Shown here: in pieces, positions 9,743-19,294 of the stretch
Position numbering within the stretch: the stretch's first letter is position 1
Layout of the letters: every line of letters starts with the position of its first letter
Assembly: GCA_052168235.1 (NCBI GenBank)
Contig: JBQLZK010000059.1
Span: forward strand, 1 to 47,999
DNA: 47,999 nt
Reading direction: 5' to 3'
From: Thainema sp.
Lineage (GTDB): Bacteria; Cyanobacteriota; Cyanobacteriia; Phormidesmidales; Phormidesmidaceae
The notes under the pieces: model-generated
The model's database searches: none
What the model was told of the DNA's origin: nothing
Seen by the model: only the letters and a program-made list of their open reading frames with translations
Position numbers and translations under genes: made by a program

Positions 9743-10318
9743 CTACTCCAAGTTATCCTCAACCAAAATCTCTGGGACGGCTGGTTGGGGGCAGCGATAG
9801 GCAAACTGCTGGTCGTTCATCATCGTGGCACCGCAAATCAGGGCGTTGCGTAAATCCGTACTCACAACAATCGCTTTGGAAAAATTGGTATCGAGCAGGT
9901 TGGCGAACTGCAAATTCGAAGATTCGATCCAGGTGCGATGGACATCTGCTGCTTGTAGATTGGTTCCCACCATCTGCGTGTAGTAAATCTGGGCGTGGGA
10001 CAGATTGGTGGCGCTCAGATCCGCACCGTTCAAATTGGCGTAACCCAAGTACGCCTCTTCCAGATTGGCACCCGTGAGCAACGCTCCTTCCAAATTGGCG
10101 CGATAGAGATTGCTGCCCTCCAAATTGGCACCGCGCAGATCGGCACCGCGCAGATCCGCTTCATGGAGACTGACTTCCTCTAGATTGCAGCCAACGCAGG
10201 CATTGGTTTCCAAGAGCTGCTGTACGGCATCCAAGTTACTATCCGCATGAGCTTCGGTCACGAACGTTCCAGTTAGGATCGGCAGTGCGATCGCAGCCAA
10301 CATCCATCGATTGTTCAT
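9743..10318 (-). CDS. Pentapeptide repeat protein with signal peptide
   Basis: A(D/N)Lxx repeats, LLETNACVGCNL cap, N-terminal AHA signal. Confidence 0.92.
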   Translation of the reverse strand: MNNRWMLAAIALPILTGTFVTEAHADSNLDAVQQLLETNACVGCNLEEVSLHEADLRGADLRGANLEGSNLYRANLEGALLTGANLEEAYLGYANLNGADLSATNLSHAQIYYTQMVGTNLQAADVHRTWIESSNLQFANLLDTNFSKAIVVSTDLRNALICGATMMNDQQFAYRCPQPAVPEILVEDNLE

Positions 10319-10348
10319 ACCCCAACCTTCTTTCCTAACCTTTAAGAA

Positions 10349-10843
10349 CTAGGCAATATCCGGCGGCACTGCGCCCACACCCTGAGTTTGCTGAAGCTGC
10401 ATCTTAATCGCCAACTCCACGTCCTGTCGCCGCACCTCGACCCCTCTAGAGGTTTGTCCTGGCGTATCGAGAAAAATCACGCTTTCAATCTGCTTCATCG
10501 AGAATAGCTGAAACAGAATGTGGGTAATCGGCATCGGCATCGCCATCAGATTCGGATCATTCCGCTGCATCGGCGTTGGCCCTTTTTTGACATCCTCCAG
10601 CGCGGAGTAAGCGTAAATCATTCGCTTCTCAACATTGGTTTGATCCGGCTGCTTGCGGTTCAAAATCGTGATTACCCACTGCTGATTCAAATTTTGCACC
10701 ACGAAATACTCAGTGTGCTTTAGCCGCTGGGCAAAAGCTTTCAGCACAGGTGCGATCGCAGTAATCACCTCCGGCGCAACGTTATTTCTGGCAGCGTTAT
10801 CGACGAGGATTTGAATCTGTTGATCGAGGGGGTCTATCGTCAT
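10349..10843 (-). CDS. Conserved cyanobacterial hypothetical protein
   Basis: 164-aa ORF filling the interval, ending in PPDIA. Confidence 0.75.
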   Translation of the reverse strand: MTIDPLDQQIQILVDNAARNNVAPEVITAIAPVLKAFAQRLKHTEYFVVQNLNQQWVITILNRKQPDQTNVEKRMIYAYSALEDVKKGPTPMQRNDPNLMAMPMPITHILFQLFSMKQIESVIFLDTPGQTSRGVEVRRQDVELAIKMQLQQTQGVGAVPPDIA

Positions 10844-11048
10844 AGCAATGGGTCATACTCACAATCTGCCTCCATCTTAAACAGTTCCCCGATTTGGCGC
10901 GACATTTATGATGTTTCCACAGGTGTTGAGTGTCAGCTAGTCATGCTCTTTACGCTGGAACAGATCTGTTTAATCAGACAAGCTAATCCTTCTTTCTAAG
11001 GCCGCTTCGCTAAAATGGAGGCTCTAAAATGGTTTTAGAGTAAGTGGT

Positions 11049-11333
11049 GTGAGAATCGAGCAAATCATTTGGCTGGATGCCATCGTAGAGAAACTAGCCG
11101 TGAAACACCGCGTCAAACCTGACGAGGTCGAAGAAGTTTTGAGCAACCAGCCCAAATTCCGTTTTGCGGAAAAAGGCGATCGAAAAGGGGAAGATGTCTA
11201 CCTCGCACTTGGCCAAACCGATGCGGGGCGCTATTTGGCCGTACTTTTTATCTATAAACCTCCCCTACAAGCGCTGATTTTGAGTGCTAGAAATATGGCT
11301 GATAAAGAGAGAAAACTGTATGGCAGAAAGTAA
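11049..11333 (+). CDS. BrnT family (DUF497) toxin
   Basis: W...KHRVKPDEVEEVL...LGQTDAGRYLAVLF...ILSARNM...ERKLY. Confidence 0.88.
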   Translation: MRIEQIIWLDAIVEKLAVKHRVKPDEVEEVLSNQPKFRFAEKGDRKGEDVYLALGQTDAGRYLAVLFIYKPPLQALILSARNMADKERKLYGRK

Positions 11334-11583
11334 ATCGCAAAAATTGCCCCGATTTAAGTCCAATCAAGAACTGGTTGAGTTCTTCGAGACGCATGACATG
11401 GGAGAGTACGAAGACGAACTCCCAGAGGCTCATTTTGAGGTGGAGATTGAACAGAGCCATTATCTAGTTGCGGTTGATGAGCAAATCATGGGCAAGCTGC
11501 TGGAGGTTGCCAAGCAACGACAAGTGTCAGTTGAAATGCTGGTTAATGATTGGCTGAAGGAGAAGTTACTCGCCGCAGGTTAG
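11320..11583 (+). CDS. BrnA/CopG-like antitoxin
   Basis: LPRFKS..E..EFFETHDMGEY N-terminus and RHH-like C-terminus; overlaps the toxin stop. Confidence 0.82.
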   Translation: MAESKSQKLPRFKSNQELVEFFETHDMGEYEDELPEAHFEVEIEQSHYLVAVDEQIMGKLLEVAKQRQVSVEMLVNDWLKEKLLAAG

Positions 11584-11590
11584 GAACTCA

Positions 11591-12529
11591 CTATTTCTCA
11601 TTGGCCAGCGCCCGAATGACTCGTTCCAACCCAGCAACTACACGGGTAAACCGATCAAAATCAATCTTGTCCGGCGTATCCTCTGGGGTGTGGTAGCAGG
11701 GATAGCGAAACGGTGCTGTGTCTGTCACCATCAGCGCTGGGTAGCCGCACTGCCAAAAGGCCCAGTGATCCGACCAGCCGACACCAGTTAGCAAACCGGG
11801 TAACGCGCTGCCTTCCGATGGAAACTGTGCCTGTTCGCGAAATAGCTTCACCACGCGGCGCACCAGTTGGGCGGAATCCAGATTGCCGACAAAGCCAATG
11901 AAGTTGCCCTGGAGCGGATAGATTTGGCCGAGGGGAAGGGGATACTGCTGACTGCCCACGTCGTCCGAGTAGTAGCCCATCGTTTCCAAGCTCAGCATGG
12001 CGACGATGTTGTCCTGATTGGCCTGACACTGACGAGCGTAGACCAGGCTGCCCATGTGGTCGGTTTGAAAGAAGGGCGGTTCTTCGTTGACGAACTGGAC
12101 AAAGCGTAAAGTACGAGAGGGCTGGCAATTTTTGAGGCGGAGAGCCAGTTCCAGGGTAGCTGCTGAACCAGAACCGTTGTCATTGGCGGCTGGGCATCCG
12201 GAGACGGAATCATAATGTCCACCGATAATGATGATTTCGTCGCTGAGATCGCAACCCGGAATCTCTACCATCAAATTCTCGAAAACCTGATCGCCAGAGA
12301 ATTTTGCCCTATAGCGCTGTCGCTCAACTACATAGCCTGCTGCCTGCCAGGTATCGCTGAGGTATTGTGCTGCTGCGGCCAGTCCTTGGGGATTGAGATA
12401 GTTGCGATCGCCAATTTTAGTCGCCAAAACGTGAATATGATGTTCGAGGGCGGTTTTGAGCTGCTGTTCGTCAGTATTCAGGGGCGGCAGTTTGCCTTGA
12501 TAGCTGCTGCCGGGCATGGGGAGAATCAT
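11591..12529 (-). CDS. M28 family metallopeptidase
   Basis: GGHYDS..ANDNGSG..FVNEEPP..SLETMG..WSDHWAF..YHTPED. Confidence 0.92.
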   Translation of the reverse strand: MILPMPGSSYQGKLPPLNTDEQQLKTALEHHIHVLATKIGDRNYLNPQGLAAAAQYLSDTWQAAGYVVERQRYRAKFSGDQVFENLMVEIPGCDLSDEIIIIGGHYDSVSGCPAANDNGSGSAATLELALRLKNCQPSRTLRFVQFVNEEPPFFQTDHMGSLVYARQCQANQDNIVAMLSLETMGYYSDDVGSQQYPLPLGQIYPLQGNFIGFVGNLDSAQLVRRVVKLFREQAQFPSEGSALPGLLTGVGWSDHWAFWQCGYPALMVTDTAPFRYPCYHTPEDTPDKIDFDRFTRVVAGLERVIRALANEK

Positions 12530-12743
12530 AGGCGACGGAATTGTGGGTGGCTGTCGCTAATATAGCGAGGGGAATAGCGGTTGGCTTATTGTATTGGCGT
12601 TCTGCTCAATTATCCGTTGTGACAAATCCCATTTTGTGGGGACGCTTGCCCCCACGCCCCCGATGGGAGACGAGTCGTGTCCCCCAGATCCCCTCCGAAA
12701 AAGCTAATCTGTTGTGTGTCAAAGATTGTTGTCTCTAACGGTG

Positions 12744-12926
12744 CTGTCGCCGTTCGGTAAGTATTAGCGTGGCCTAGAATGCCCTCATCCCCCAGCCCCT
12801 TCTCCCACAGGAGAAGAGGAGCCGGATCGGAAGTCCCTCTCCTGCGGGAGAGGGATTTAGGGTGAGGGCAAAACGACCGAGGGCAAGCTAGCAGAGCATC
12901 ACGCTAAACAGATACCACGGCGACAG
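12744..12926. mobile_element. MITE-like element (TIR CTGTCGCCGT) containing a nested SDR/REP-like repeat
   Basis: CTGTCGCCGT (12744) / ACGGCGACAG (12917-12926), plus an inner TTAGCGTG/CACGCTAA inverted pair. Confidence 0.55.
12781..12869. repeat. Cyanobacterial short dispersed repeat (CCCTCTCC..GGAGAGGGATTTAGGG family), copy 1
   Basis: Multi-hairpin element; related copies at 33956, 46867 and 47878. Confidence 0.85.
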
Positions 12927-13040
12927 TTCCCTTGCTCCTCTGCAATTTAAGTTACTGTTTCCCCCAATAAAAGCGCTCTTACCGGAGACGGGCAGAGGGT
13001 TGTAAACTGTTGAAAATTCTTGCTTTAAGCAACAACTGCC

Positions 13041-14435
13041 GTGGCAACCGTCATCTTAGAAAACATTTATAAAAGCTTTCCTCGTCGGGGACAAACCCAG
13101 GCTGCACCGACAACAGAGGCGTCTCTGGCGGCTGTGCCTGCGGCGACGGGAGCGTCTGCCGCTGTGGAGCAATCCGTTGAGACCGAACCGACTGCGCATA
13201 CTCCCGCAACGGCGACGGTGCTGCGGCGGATTAATCTCAAGGTGCAGGATGGCGAGTTTATGGTGCTGGTGGGGCCATCAGGCTGCGGCAAGAGTACGCT
13301 GCTGCGCCTGATGGCTGGACTGGAGCCGCTAACGGCGGGCAACATTTGGATTGGCGATGCGCTGGTGAATGATTTACCACCGAAAGCGCGGGATATTGCG
13401 ATGGTGTTTCAAAGCTATGCGCTCTATCCGCACCTGACGGTGTATAACAATTTGGCCTTTGGTCTGCGGCGCACGTTTACAGAGCCGAATCTGTCCTTAA
13501 ATCCTGGCGATACAGGAGCGACTCCTGATCAAACCAACAAAAACGCGGCAGCGAAAGCGATCGCACAACGGATTCAACGCGCATTGCGATCGCAATTCTC
13601 TGACTTTGCCGTAGCCACGACTCGTCGCCTGCCGCCGGGACTGCGCTACTGGTCAGCCAAGGAGAAATATGTGCATCAGCAGGTGCAAACGGTGGCTAAG
13701 ATGCTGCAAATTGAGCCGCTGTTAGATCGGCTGCCACGTCAGCTTTCCGGTGGCCAAAAGCAGCGAGTGGCACTGGGTCGAGCGATGGCGCGCAATCCCC
13801 AAGTGTTCTTAATGGATGAACCGCTGTCAAACCTGGATGCCAAACTGCGGGGCGAAACGCGATCGCAGATCGTCAATCTTCAGCGGCAGCTTGGGATCAC
13901 GACGATCTACGTCACCCACGACCAGACCGAGGCAATGACGATGGGCGACCGGATTGCGGTGATGAATGCGGGCCAAATTCAGCAGGTGGCCCGACCACTG
14001 GAGCTTTACAACCGTCCGGCCAATCGCTTTGTAGCGGAGTTTATTGGCTCCCCACCAATGAATTTTTTGCCCGTGGAGGTGAAAGCGCCGCTGCTGATTA
14101 CCCATGCCGACTTTCGATTAACGCTGCCGGATGTTTGGGAAAATGTACTGCAAACCTACGATGGCCGCACAGTCACGCTAGGTATTCGGCCCGAACATCT
14201 GAGCTTGAGCGTCCCTGCTCCCAAAAATCTGCGCGGCATTGTGCAGCATGTTGAAGCGCTGGGTAGCGAAACCTACCTGACAGTTGAAGTCACAGGACAA
14301 ATTCTACAAGCCCGTGTCGATGCCGATCATACCGTTCGGATTGGCGAGGAGGTTTGGCTTGCGATCGCACCCAATCGGGTTCATCTGTTCAATCCGAAAA
14401 CGGATGAAGCCATTTTTGCAGATCGACGTGAATGA
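13041..14435 (+). CDS. Carbohydrate ABC transporter ATP-binding protein (MalK/UgpC family)
   Basis: [50 protein letters not shown]-terminal TOBE region. Confidence 0.95.
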   Translation: MATVILENIYKSFPRRGQTQAAPTTEASLAAVPAATGASAAVEQSVETEPTAHTPATATVLRRINLKVQDGEFMVLVGPSGCGKSTLLRLMAGLEPLTAGNIWIGDALVNDLPPKARDIAMVFQSYALYPHLTVYNNLAFGLRRTFTEPNLSLNPGDTGATPDQTNKNAAAKAIAQRIQRALRSQFSDFAVATTRRLPPGLRYWSAKEKYVHQQVQTVAKMLQIEPLLDRLPRQLSGGQKQRVALGRAMARNPQVFLMDEPLSNLDAKLRGETRSQIVNLQRQLGITTIYVTHDQTEAMTMGDRIAVMNAGQIQQVARPLELYNRPANRFVAEFIGSPPMNFLPVEVKAPLLITHADFRLTLPDVWENVLQTYDGRTVTLGIRPEHLSLSVPAPKNLRGIVQHVEALGSETYLTVEVTGQILQARVDADHTVRIGEEVWLAIAPNRVHLFNPKTDEAIFADRRE

Positions 14436-14469
14436 GCCGCACTAATAGATCAGTGTTAATTGGTCAGTG

Positions 14470-15399
14470 TTAATTGGTCAGTAGACTATCTGGGCCGCTG
14501 TGGTGAAACGTTTGATTGGAAAACGGTGAACCAAACGACTCCGGAGAATTTGACTGCAAATAGACCACGGCAATAATCTGGTCATTGCGCTTGAGGACGC
14601 CCCAGGAGCTAGGAACGGTGTTGTTAATTACCGTACCTCGCAGTTCATCGTCCAGCGTTGCTGCTTGGCCGGAAAAAAGCTGCTGAATGGCTTGGGTTTC
14701 CTGCTCCGTAGGGAAGCCCGTATAGAGCTGCGGTGATAGTAAAAGCTGGCCTTGGTTATTGGCTGCGATCGCACCGGCATCAATCCGCGCATACTCATAG
14801 GGCGGTTGAGTGGCCAGAATCAGAATGGCAGCCGTCGGCTGATGGGGAAACGAGGCTTGAATCGAGCCAAAGAGCTTCGTGAGATTGCCCAACTGTCCGG
14901 CTTCGGCCAGGGTATTGGTTTCAAGCGCTTCCAATAGCGGTGGCGTAAATAGGCCCAGCACTTGCGCCATCGACTGATCCATCTCAGCTTGAGTTTGGTC
15001 AAACTCCACCTGCGCCGCTCGGATCGATGCCTGGGCACGAACTTGGTTCACCACCTGTAGGCCACCGATCAAAAGCGCGATCGCAACTACGCTAGCCAGT
15101 GCTCCTTGGCGCATGCGTCGCTTTAGTCTCCGCGACAGAGAATAATCCGGCAGTTGGGCGCGGCTAGCATTGGCTTCGGCCAATAGCGCCAAACTCAGAA
15201 GAATATTGATTACAACCAGCACAAAGGTAATGATGCCTCCGGCGACTAGCAAGGCTCGAATTAGCAAGCTCCAGGCATCTGGCAGAATATCCCAGCCCAG
15301 AATTTCGTCAATCACCCACAGCACAATGCCGATGCAGGACAGCAGCAGCAGGTAAACCGCCGCACTGGTGGACAGCCGCAACAAAAACCGATGGTTCAT
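14470..15399 (-). CDS. Hypothetical membrane protein
   Basis: Three N-terminal hydrophobic helices followed by a soluble domain; ATG at 15399. Confidence 0.75.
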   Translation of the reverse strand: MNHRFLLRLSTSAAVYLLLLSCIGIVLWVIDEILGWDILPDAWSLLIRALLVAGGIITFVLVVINILLSLALLAEANASRAQLPDYSLSRRLKRRMRQGALASVVAIALLIGGLQVVNQVRAQASIRAAQVEFDQTQAEMDQSMAQVLGLFTPPLLEALETNTLAEAGQLGNLTKLFGSIQASFPHQPTAAILILATQPPYEYARIDAGAIAANNQGQLLLSPQLYTGFPTEQETQAIQQLFSGQAATLDDELRGTVINNTVPSSWGVLKRNDQIIAVVYLQSNSPESFGSPFSNQTFHHSGPDSLLTN

Positions 15400-15724
15400 A
15401 GTCAAGCTTGCGAGAGAGTAATAAACCTCAGCTACTACAGACTCGCTCAGCCAGGTTCCGGATTGCTCTCGCCATCTACACCAATTCTTTTGACTGTGGC
15501 TGTTTTTTAGTGGCGAGAAGAGTGAAGCGTGAAAAGTGAGGCGTGAGGCGCATTACAACTCAGCACTTGTAAAAGGTCTCAAGGATTGGGGGCAAGAGAG
15601 CAAGGGGGAAACGGGGCAAGGGAGCAACGGAGCAACGGAGCCTAAATTTTCCTTTCTCCCCTGCTCCCCCACTCCCTCACTGCCTTGCCGCGATTAACCT
15701 ATAGCCACGCAGCAAGAAACAGTC

Positions 15725-16309
15725 CTAGTTGTTGTCAAAGAAGCCGAAGCGACCGAAGCCGATGAAATTGCCAATGGTGTTGTCACCCGCTGGATAAGCC
15801 GTCACGCCAAACTGATAGGTGCCGCCATAGGCGGGATTGCGGCCTGTCAGCGTAATCGTGACGGTATTACCCGGCATGACGGGTTCATCCAACACAACGA
15901 GCACGTCATCCGGATTATCTGGTGCGCCGCCGACATTGGCCAGACTGAGGCTGGTGCCACCTGCAAAGGCTTCACCGAGACTGGCTTGGCTTTCTTCCAG
16001 CATGAACGAAATATCACCCACATGGTTACGAGGAGAAATCACCACCGCTTCCAGGGGTTCTCCCGCATCGCTGGGAACGGCAATTGTGAAGTGATAATCA
16101 CCCTCTAAGCCAGGAGTAATCGTGCGGGTCACAGCTTCCACCAGTTCCGGTGGACGGTCGAAGGCAACGGTGCCATCCGGGTATTGGACAGCGAAGGCGG
16201 GAGGTGCGATCGCAGTGCCAATGGTTCCAACTAAACCAACAGATAAACCACCCAATACTAAACTTCGAATGGTGTGGGTTGAATGTCTAAACATAATTGT
16301 GTACCTCAT
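15725..16309 (-). CDS. DUF2808 family exported protein
   Basis: Signal peptide; DGTVAFDRPP..YHFTIAVP..GEPL..PVMPGNTVTI..NP..GGTYQFGVTAYP..FIGFGR. Confidence 0.85.
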   Translation of the reverse strand: MRYTIMFRHSTHTIRSLVLGGLSVGLVGTIGTAIAPPAFAVQYPDGTVAFDRPPELVEAVTRTITPGLEGDYHFTIAVPSDAGEPLEAVVISPRNHVGDISFMLEESQASLGEAFAGGTSLSLANVGGAPDNPDDVLVVLDEPVMPGNTVTITLTGRNPAYGGTYQFGVTAYPAGDNTIGNFIGFGRFGFFDNN

Positions 16310-16479
16310 TCCATAAATGGCAGAACGACAGTTGAGGGGAACGCTGTAGCGAAACGGTGTCGCATCTGCTCTCGGTCTTCTGTTTTATTAGAACAAGGCA
16401 AGTTGGCTGATAGGTGAGCGCTAGTTAATAAGCCCCTGAGTTTTTGCTTAAAAGCATAGATTTAACAAATTCGCCAACT

Positions 16480-16544
16480 GTAGGGGCGGTTTTTGCCGTC
16501 AACTCTATGACAAGGAGCAGATTGGTCTACTAAACCCGCTCCTA
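16480..16544. repeat. GTAG-type REP/SDR element
   Basis: GTAGGGGCGG..AAACCCGCTCCTA; near-identical reverse-complement copy at 32370-32435. Confidence 0.8.
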
Positions 16545-16574
16545 ACCAATATCGAACTCATTGATGCACAATCC

Positions 16575-18110
16575 TTACGATTGCAGCGCTGCCAAATCTA
16601 ATTCATTCAACGGCTGAAAGAAATCCATCAGTCGTTCTTTAATCGCATCTACGCCACCTGCCACATTCGACTCAATATTCAGCGGCATCACCGGATCGTG
16701 CAGCGACAGACGCAGCAAAAACCAGCCATTTTCCGCCGCCGCCTGACAGGACACGCGCACGCCCTCGTAATTATTCGGCACAACCTGCCAGCCGTCCTGC
16801 GCGGCAGCAAAGTCTTTCAGCCGCTCAATCACCGCGTTGCCATACGCCTTGAAGTCATCCGCCTTGATTTTGAGCCGGAATTCTTCACTCTCCACTGGTT
16901 CCTGCAAATTGGCAATCAAATCCGTCAGCGTTTTACCCTCCAGCTTCGACTTGGCCAGCTCAACCAGCAGCTTACTGACCAGATACGCGCCATCATCCAG
17001 AAAATAATTTTCCCGCATCGCCCCGTGACCGGAGGTTTCAATCGCCAGCCAGGATTCTTGTCCGGCTTCATTTAAGCGAATCGCCTCGTTGATCACGTTC
17101 TTGTAGCCCCGCTTGAAACGGTGATGCACGCCGCCCAGATCCTCTTCGATAAACTGCGTCAAGCCGTCCGAGGTGATAGAGTCCGTCACCACTGTACTGC
17201 CAGGATGCTCTTGAAGTGCGATCGCAGATATCAGGGCAATCAGCCGATTTCGGTTCAGCTCCCGACCTTGGTGATCCACCGCTGCCCCCCGATCCACATC
17301 GGTATCAAAAATAATACCGAAGTCAGCCTGATTGTCGATCACCGCCTGACAGATGGAGGCCATCGCCTCTTTATTTTCGGGATTCGGCACGTGGTTGGGA
17401 AACGAGCCATCCGGTTCCAGAAACTGGCTGCCCGTCGTATCCGCTCCCAGAGGTGCGAGGACTTTGCTGGCATAGAAACCGCCCGCACCATTGCCTGCAT
17501 CAACAATTACCTTCAGCCCTTGCAGCGGTTGGTCAAAATGGTCGGGATGGTTCACCGCTTTGCGAATCATCTGCACCAGTTGGTCAGCGTAGACGGAAAT
17601 AAAGTCACGCGCCTCAATTTCACCGGTAGTTTCGGCTGCTGCAAACTCGCCTTGCTCCGCCAGCGCCAAAATATCGCTAATGTTTTGCTTGTCTAAACCA
17701 CCGTTCTTGGTGAAAAACTTCAGCCCGTTGCGGTTAAACGGGAGGTGACTCGCGGTCATCATAATGCCGCCGTCGCAGTCATACTCCGGCGTGACGGTGC
17801 TCATGAACATGGCAGGTGTAGATGCGATCGCACAGTCATACACCCGACAACCACAGGCCGCAATTTCCTCCATCACCGCTTGCATCAGCTCTGGCCCAGA
17901 GAGGCGACTGTCTCGACCAACGGCGATGGTGAGTTGCGCAGGTGATTTGCCCAGCGTTTGCGATAGCCAGCTAACAAACGCTTTGCCCAGGGTGCGAACC
18001 ACGTCCGGCGTCAGGTTTACGGCTTCATCCGGTACACCCTCCAAGGCGACACCACGAATATCCGATCCGTTCTGGAGCTGTTTCCACGCAAATGATGCTG
18101 CTGTCGGCAT
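16575..18110 (-). CDS. Phosphomannomutase/phosphoglucomutase
   Basis: QNGSDIRG, TASHLP phosphoserine loop, FDTDVDR metal loop, ETSGH. Confidence 0.95.
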   Translation of the reverse strand: MPTAASFAWKQLQNGSDIRGVALEGVPDEAVNLTPDVVRTLGKAFVSWLSQTLGKSPAQLTIAVGRDSRLSGPELMQAVMEEIAACGCRVYDCAIASTPAMFMSTVTPEYDCDGGIMMTASHLPFNRNGLKFFTKNGGLDKQNISDILALAEQGEFAAAETTGEIEARDFISVYADQLVQMIRKAVNHPDHFDQPLQGLKVIVDAGNGAGGFYASKVLAPLGADTTGSQFLEPDGSFPNHVPNPENKEAMASICQAVIDNQADFGIIFDTDVDRGAAVDHQGRELNRNRLIALISAIALQEHPGSTVVTDSITSDGLTQFIEEDLGGVHHRFKRGYKNVINEAIRLNEAGQESWLAIETSGHGAMRENYFLDDGAYLVSKLLVELAKSKLEGKTLTDLIANLQEPVESEEFRLKIKADDFKAYGNAVIERLKDFAAAQDGWQVVPNNYEGVRVSCQAAAENGWFLLRLSLHDPVMPLNIESNVAGGVDAIKERLMDFFQPLNELDLAALQS

Positions 18111-18240
18111 GGTTTTCCCGCTGATAGACCTAACATTACATTGCTCAGGCTAACGCGAGTTTTTTCCGTAATCGGCAGGCTTTAGGCTTAATTCAGAGTT
18201 AGGCGCAAGAAGTGCGATCGCAGCATGGTAGCAAATACTT

Positions 18241-18407
18241 GATAACTTCGGTATCGGGGATGTTATCAGCATTTTTGACGGATAACATCCCCTATCTCTA
18301 GGATTAACCATCACATTTGACGGATAACACCCTGAAAAAGTAGGTGTTATCCCACAGATCTGACGTATAACCACAGAATGTAGGGATGTTATCTATCAGA
18401 TCTGACG
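18241..18407. repeat. Four imperfect tandem 40-43-bp units with GATAAC..GTTATC inverted boxes, each ending in TGACG
   Basis: Units start at 18241, 18281, 18323 and 18366. Perfect IRs are GGGGATGTTATC/GATAACATCCCC (18256-18292) and GGATAACACC/GGTGTTATCC (18322-18352). Confidence 0.75.
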
Positions 18408-18458
18408 TTGAATATATAGTTAAATCGTATCGGATTAAAAATCTATTCAGGGTTAATA

Positions 18459-18547
18459 CAGCGCTCTTAAATAGCTGATGAACTAAATTGATTATGAACA
18501 GGCCGCCCCGCTGGGGCGGCCTGTTCATAATCAATTTAAGATGGCTG
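18459..18547. mobile_element. 89-bp MITE flanked by TA, with a perfect 26-bp internal palindrome
   Basis: TA|CAGCGCTCTTAAAT...ATTTAAGATGGCTG|TA (12/14 TIR); perfect hairpin at 18484-18538. Confidence 0.7.
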
Positions 18548-18603
18548 TAATAGAAGTTTACTGTTAGGGCTTGGGAACCCTATGTGAAGTTAGTTCCGCT
18601 ACG

Positions 18604-18691
18604 ACTTAACACTGCGTTGGAACAGACAACGCCATCGGTTAACCGCACGGCGATAACCATCGGCGCTGCGGTTCAACTCCGTCCGTTATAC
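18604..18691 (+). mobile_element. Integron attC-like recombination site
   Basis: R'' ACTTAAC, 5-nt spacer, L'' GTTGGAAC ... L' GTTCAAC (pairs with L'' leaving one extrahelical base), 7-nt spacer, R' GTTATAC; 88 bp. Confidence 0.7.
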
Positions 18692-18751
18692 AGCCTGCTC
18701 TGTGCGTAGGGATACATTCTTTCGTATACTCATCCTCGACGTGCAGTACTT

Positions 18752-19294
18752 GTGAGGGTGGTTCACGTGCCAACGCTTCAAGTCCAAGAAGCTTACTCTT
18801 TCTACAGAACATTTATTCTTGATTACAGCCGCAATAAAGCCCAAATTTATGAGCAGTACGGCTTTTCCTTGCAAGGTAGCGTAGGTTCAAAAGATTGGGA
18901 AGTATTCGCGGCAATTTTAGTGAACGATAGAGCAAGAAGAGGCGATGGGGCAGATTTGGTGAACTACGAAGTAAAATCTGCCACGATTGGAAGTAGCTTT
19001 GAGTACCAATACCACAGAAATTGTGGACTAAATAAACTAACCGACGACAGGAATGTAGATCACATTTTCGTCGCTAGAAGTGAAACCTATATGAATGTTG
19101 AAGTTTGGTTAGTTGAGCGTACTAAAATGGTTCCTATATTTGATAGGTGGCTGCCCGAACTCATTCAAAACTATGAAGCCGCAGACAGGCAAAGGTTTCG
19201 ACGTTCAGTGACTTACGGTTTTGTTAGGAATCAAGGCGTTCGACTGCTAGAAATTACTGGTGGAGAACTACGCTATTTTCTTGAAACGACTTAG
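18752..19294 (+). CDS. Putative type II restriction endonuclease (PD-(D/E)xK)
   Basis: E..GADLVNYEVKS catalytic-like motif; convergent overlap with a C5 methyltransferase; AT-rich; start uncertain. Confidence 0.7.
   Translation: MRVVHVPTLQVQEAYSFYRTFILDYSRNKAQIYEQYGFSLQGSVGSKDWEVFAAILVNDRARRGDGADLVNYEVKSATIGSSFEYQYHRNCGLNKLTDDRNVDHIFVARSETYMNVEVWLVERTKMVPIFDRWLPELIQNYEAADRQRFRRSVTYGFVRNQGVRLLEITGGELRYFLETT

Noticed and set aside
11049..11583. BrnT/BrnA pair as an integron cassette or novel system
   Set aside because: An ordinary type II toxin-antitoxin module; no attC-like structure seen on either side.
13470..13680. ~65-aa insertion in the sugar ABC ATPase as an intein or mobile insert
   Set aside because: No intein terminal residues; variable insertions at this position are, to my knowledge, common in cyanobacterial MalK-like proteins.
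18241..18407. CRISPR mini-array interpretation of the 42-bp repeats
   Set aside because: The period is too short, the units are degenerate, the variable parts are only 15-17 nt, and no cas genes are nearby.
18150..18534. Short minus-strand ORFs (74 and 76 aa) over the repeat array and MITE
   Set aside because: They span non-coding repeats and a palindrome, with no recognisable protein features.
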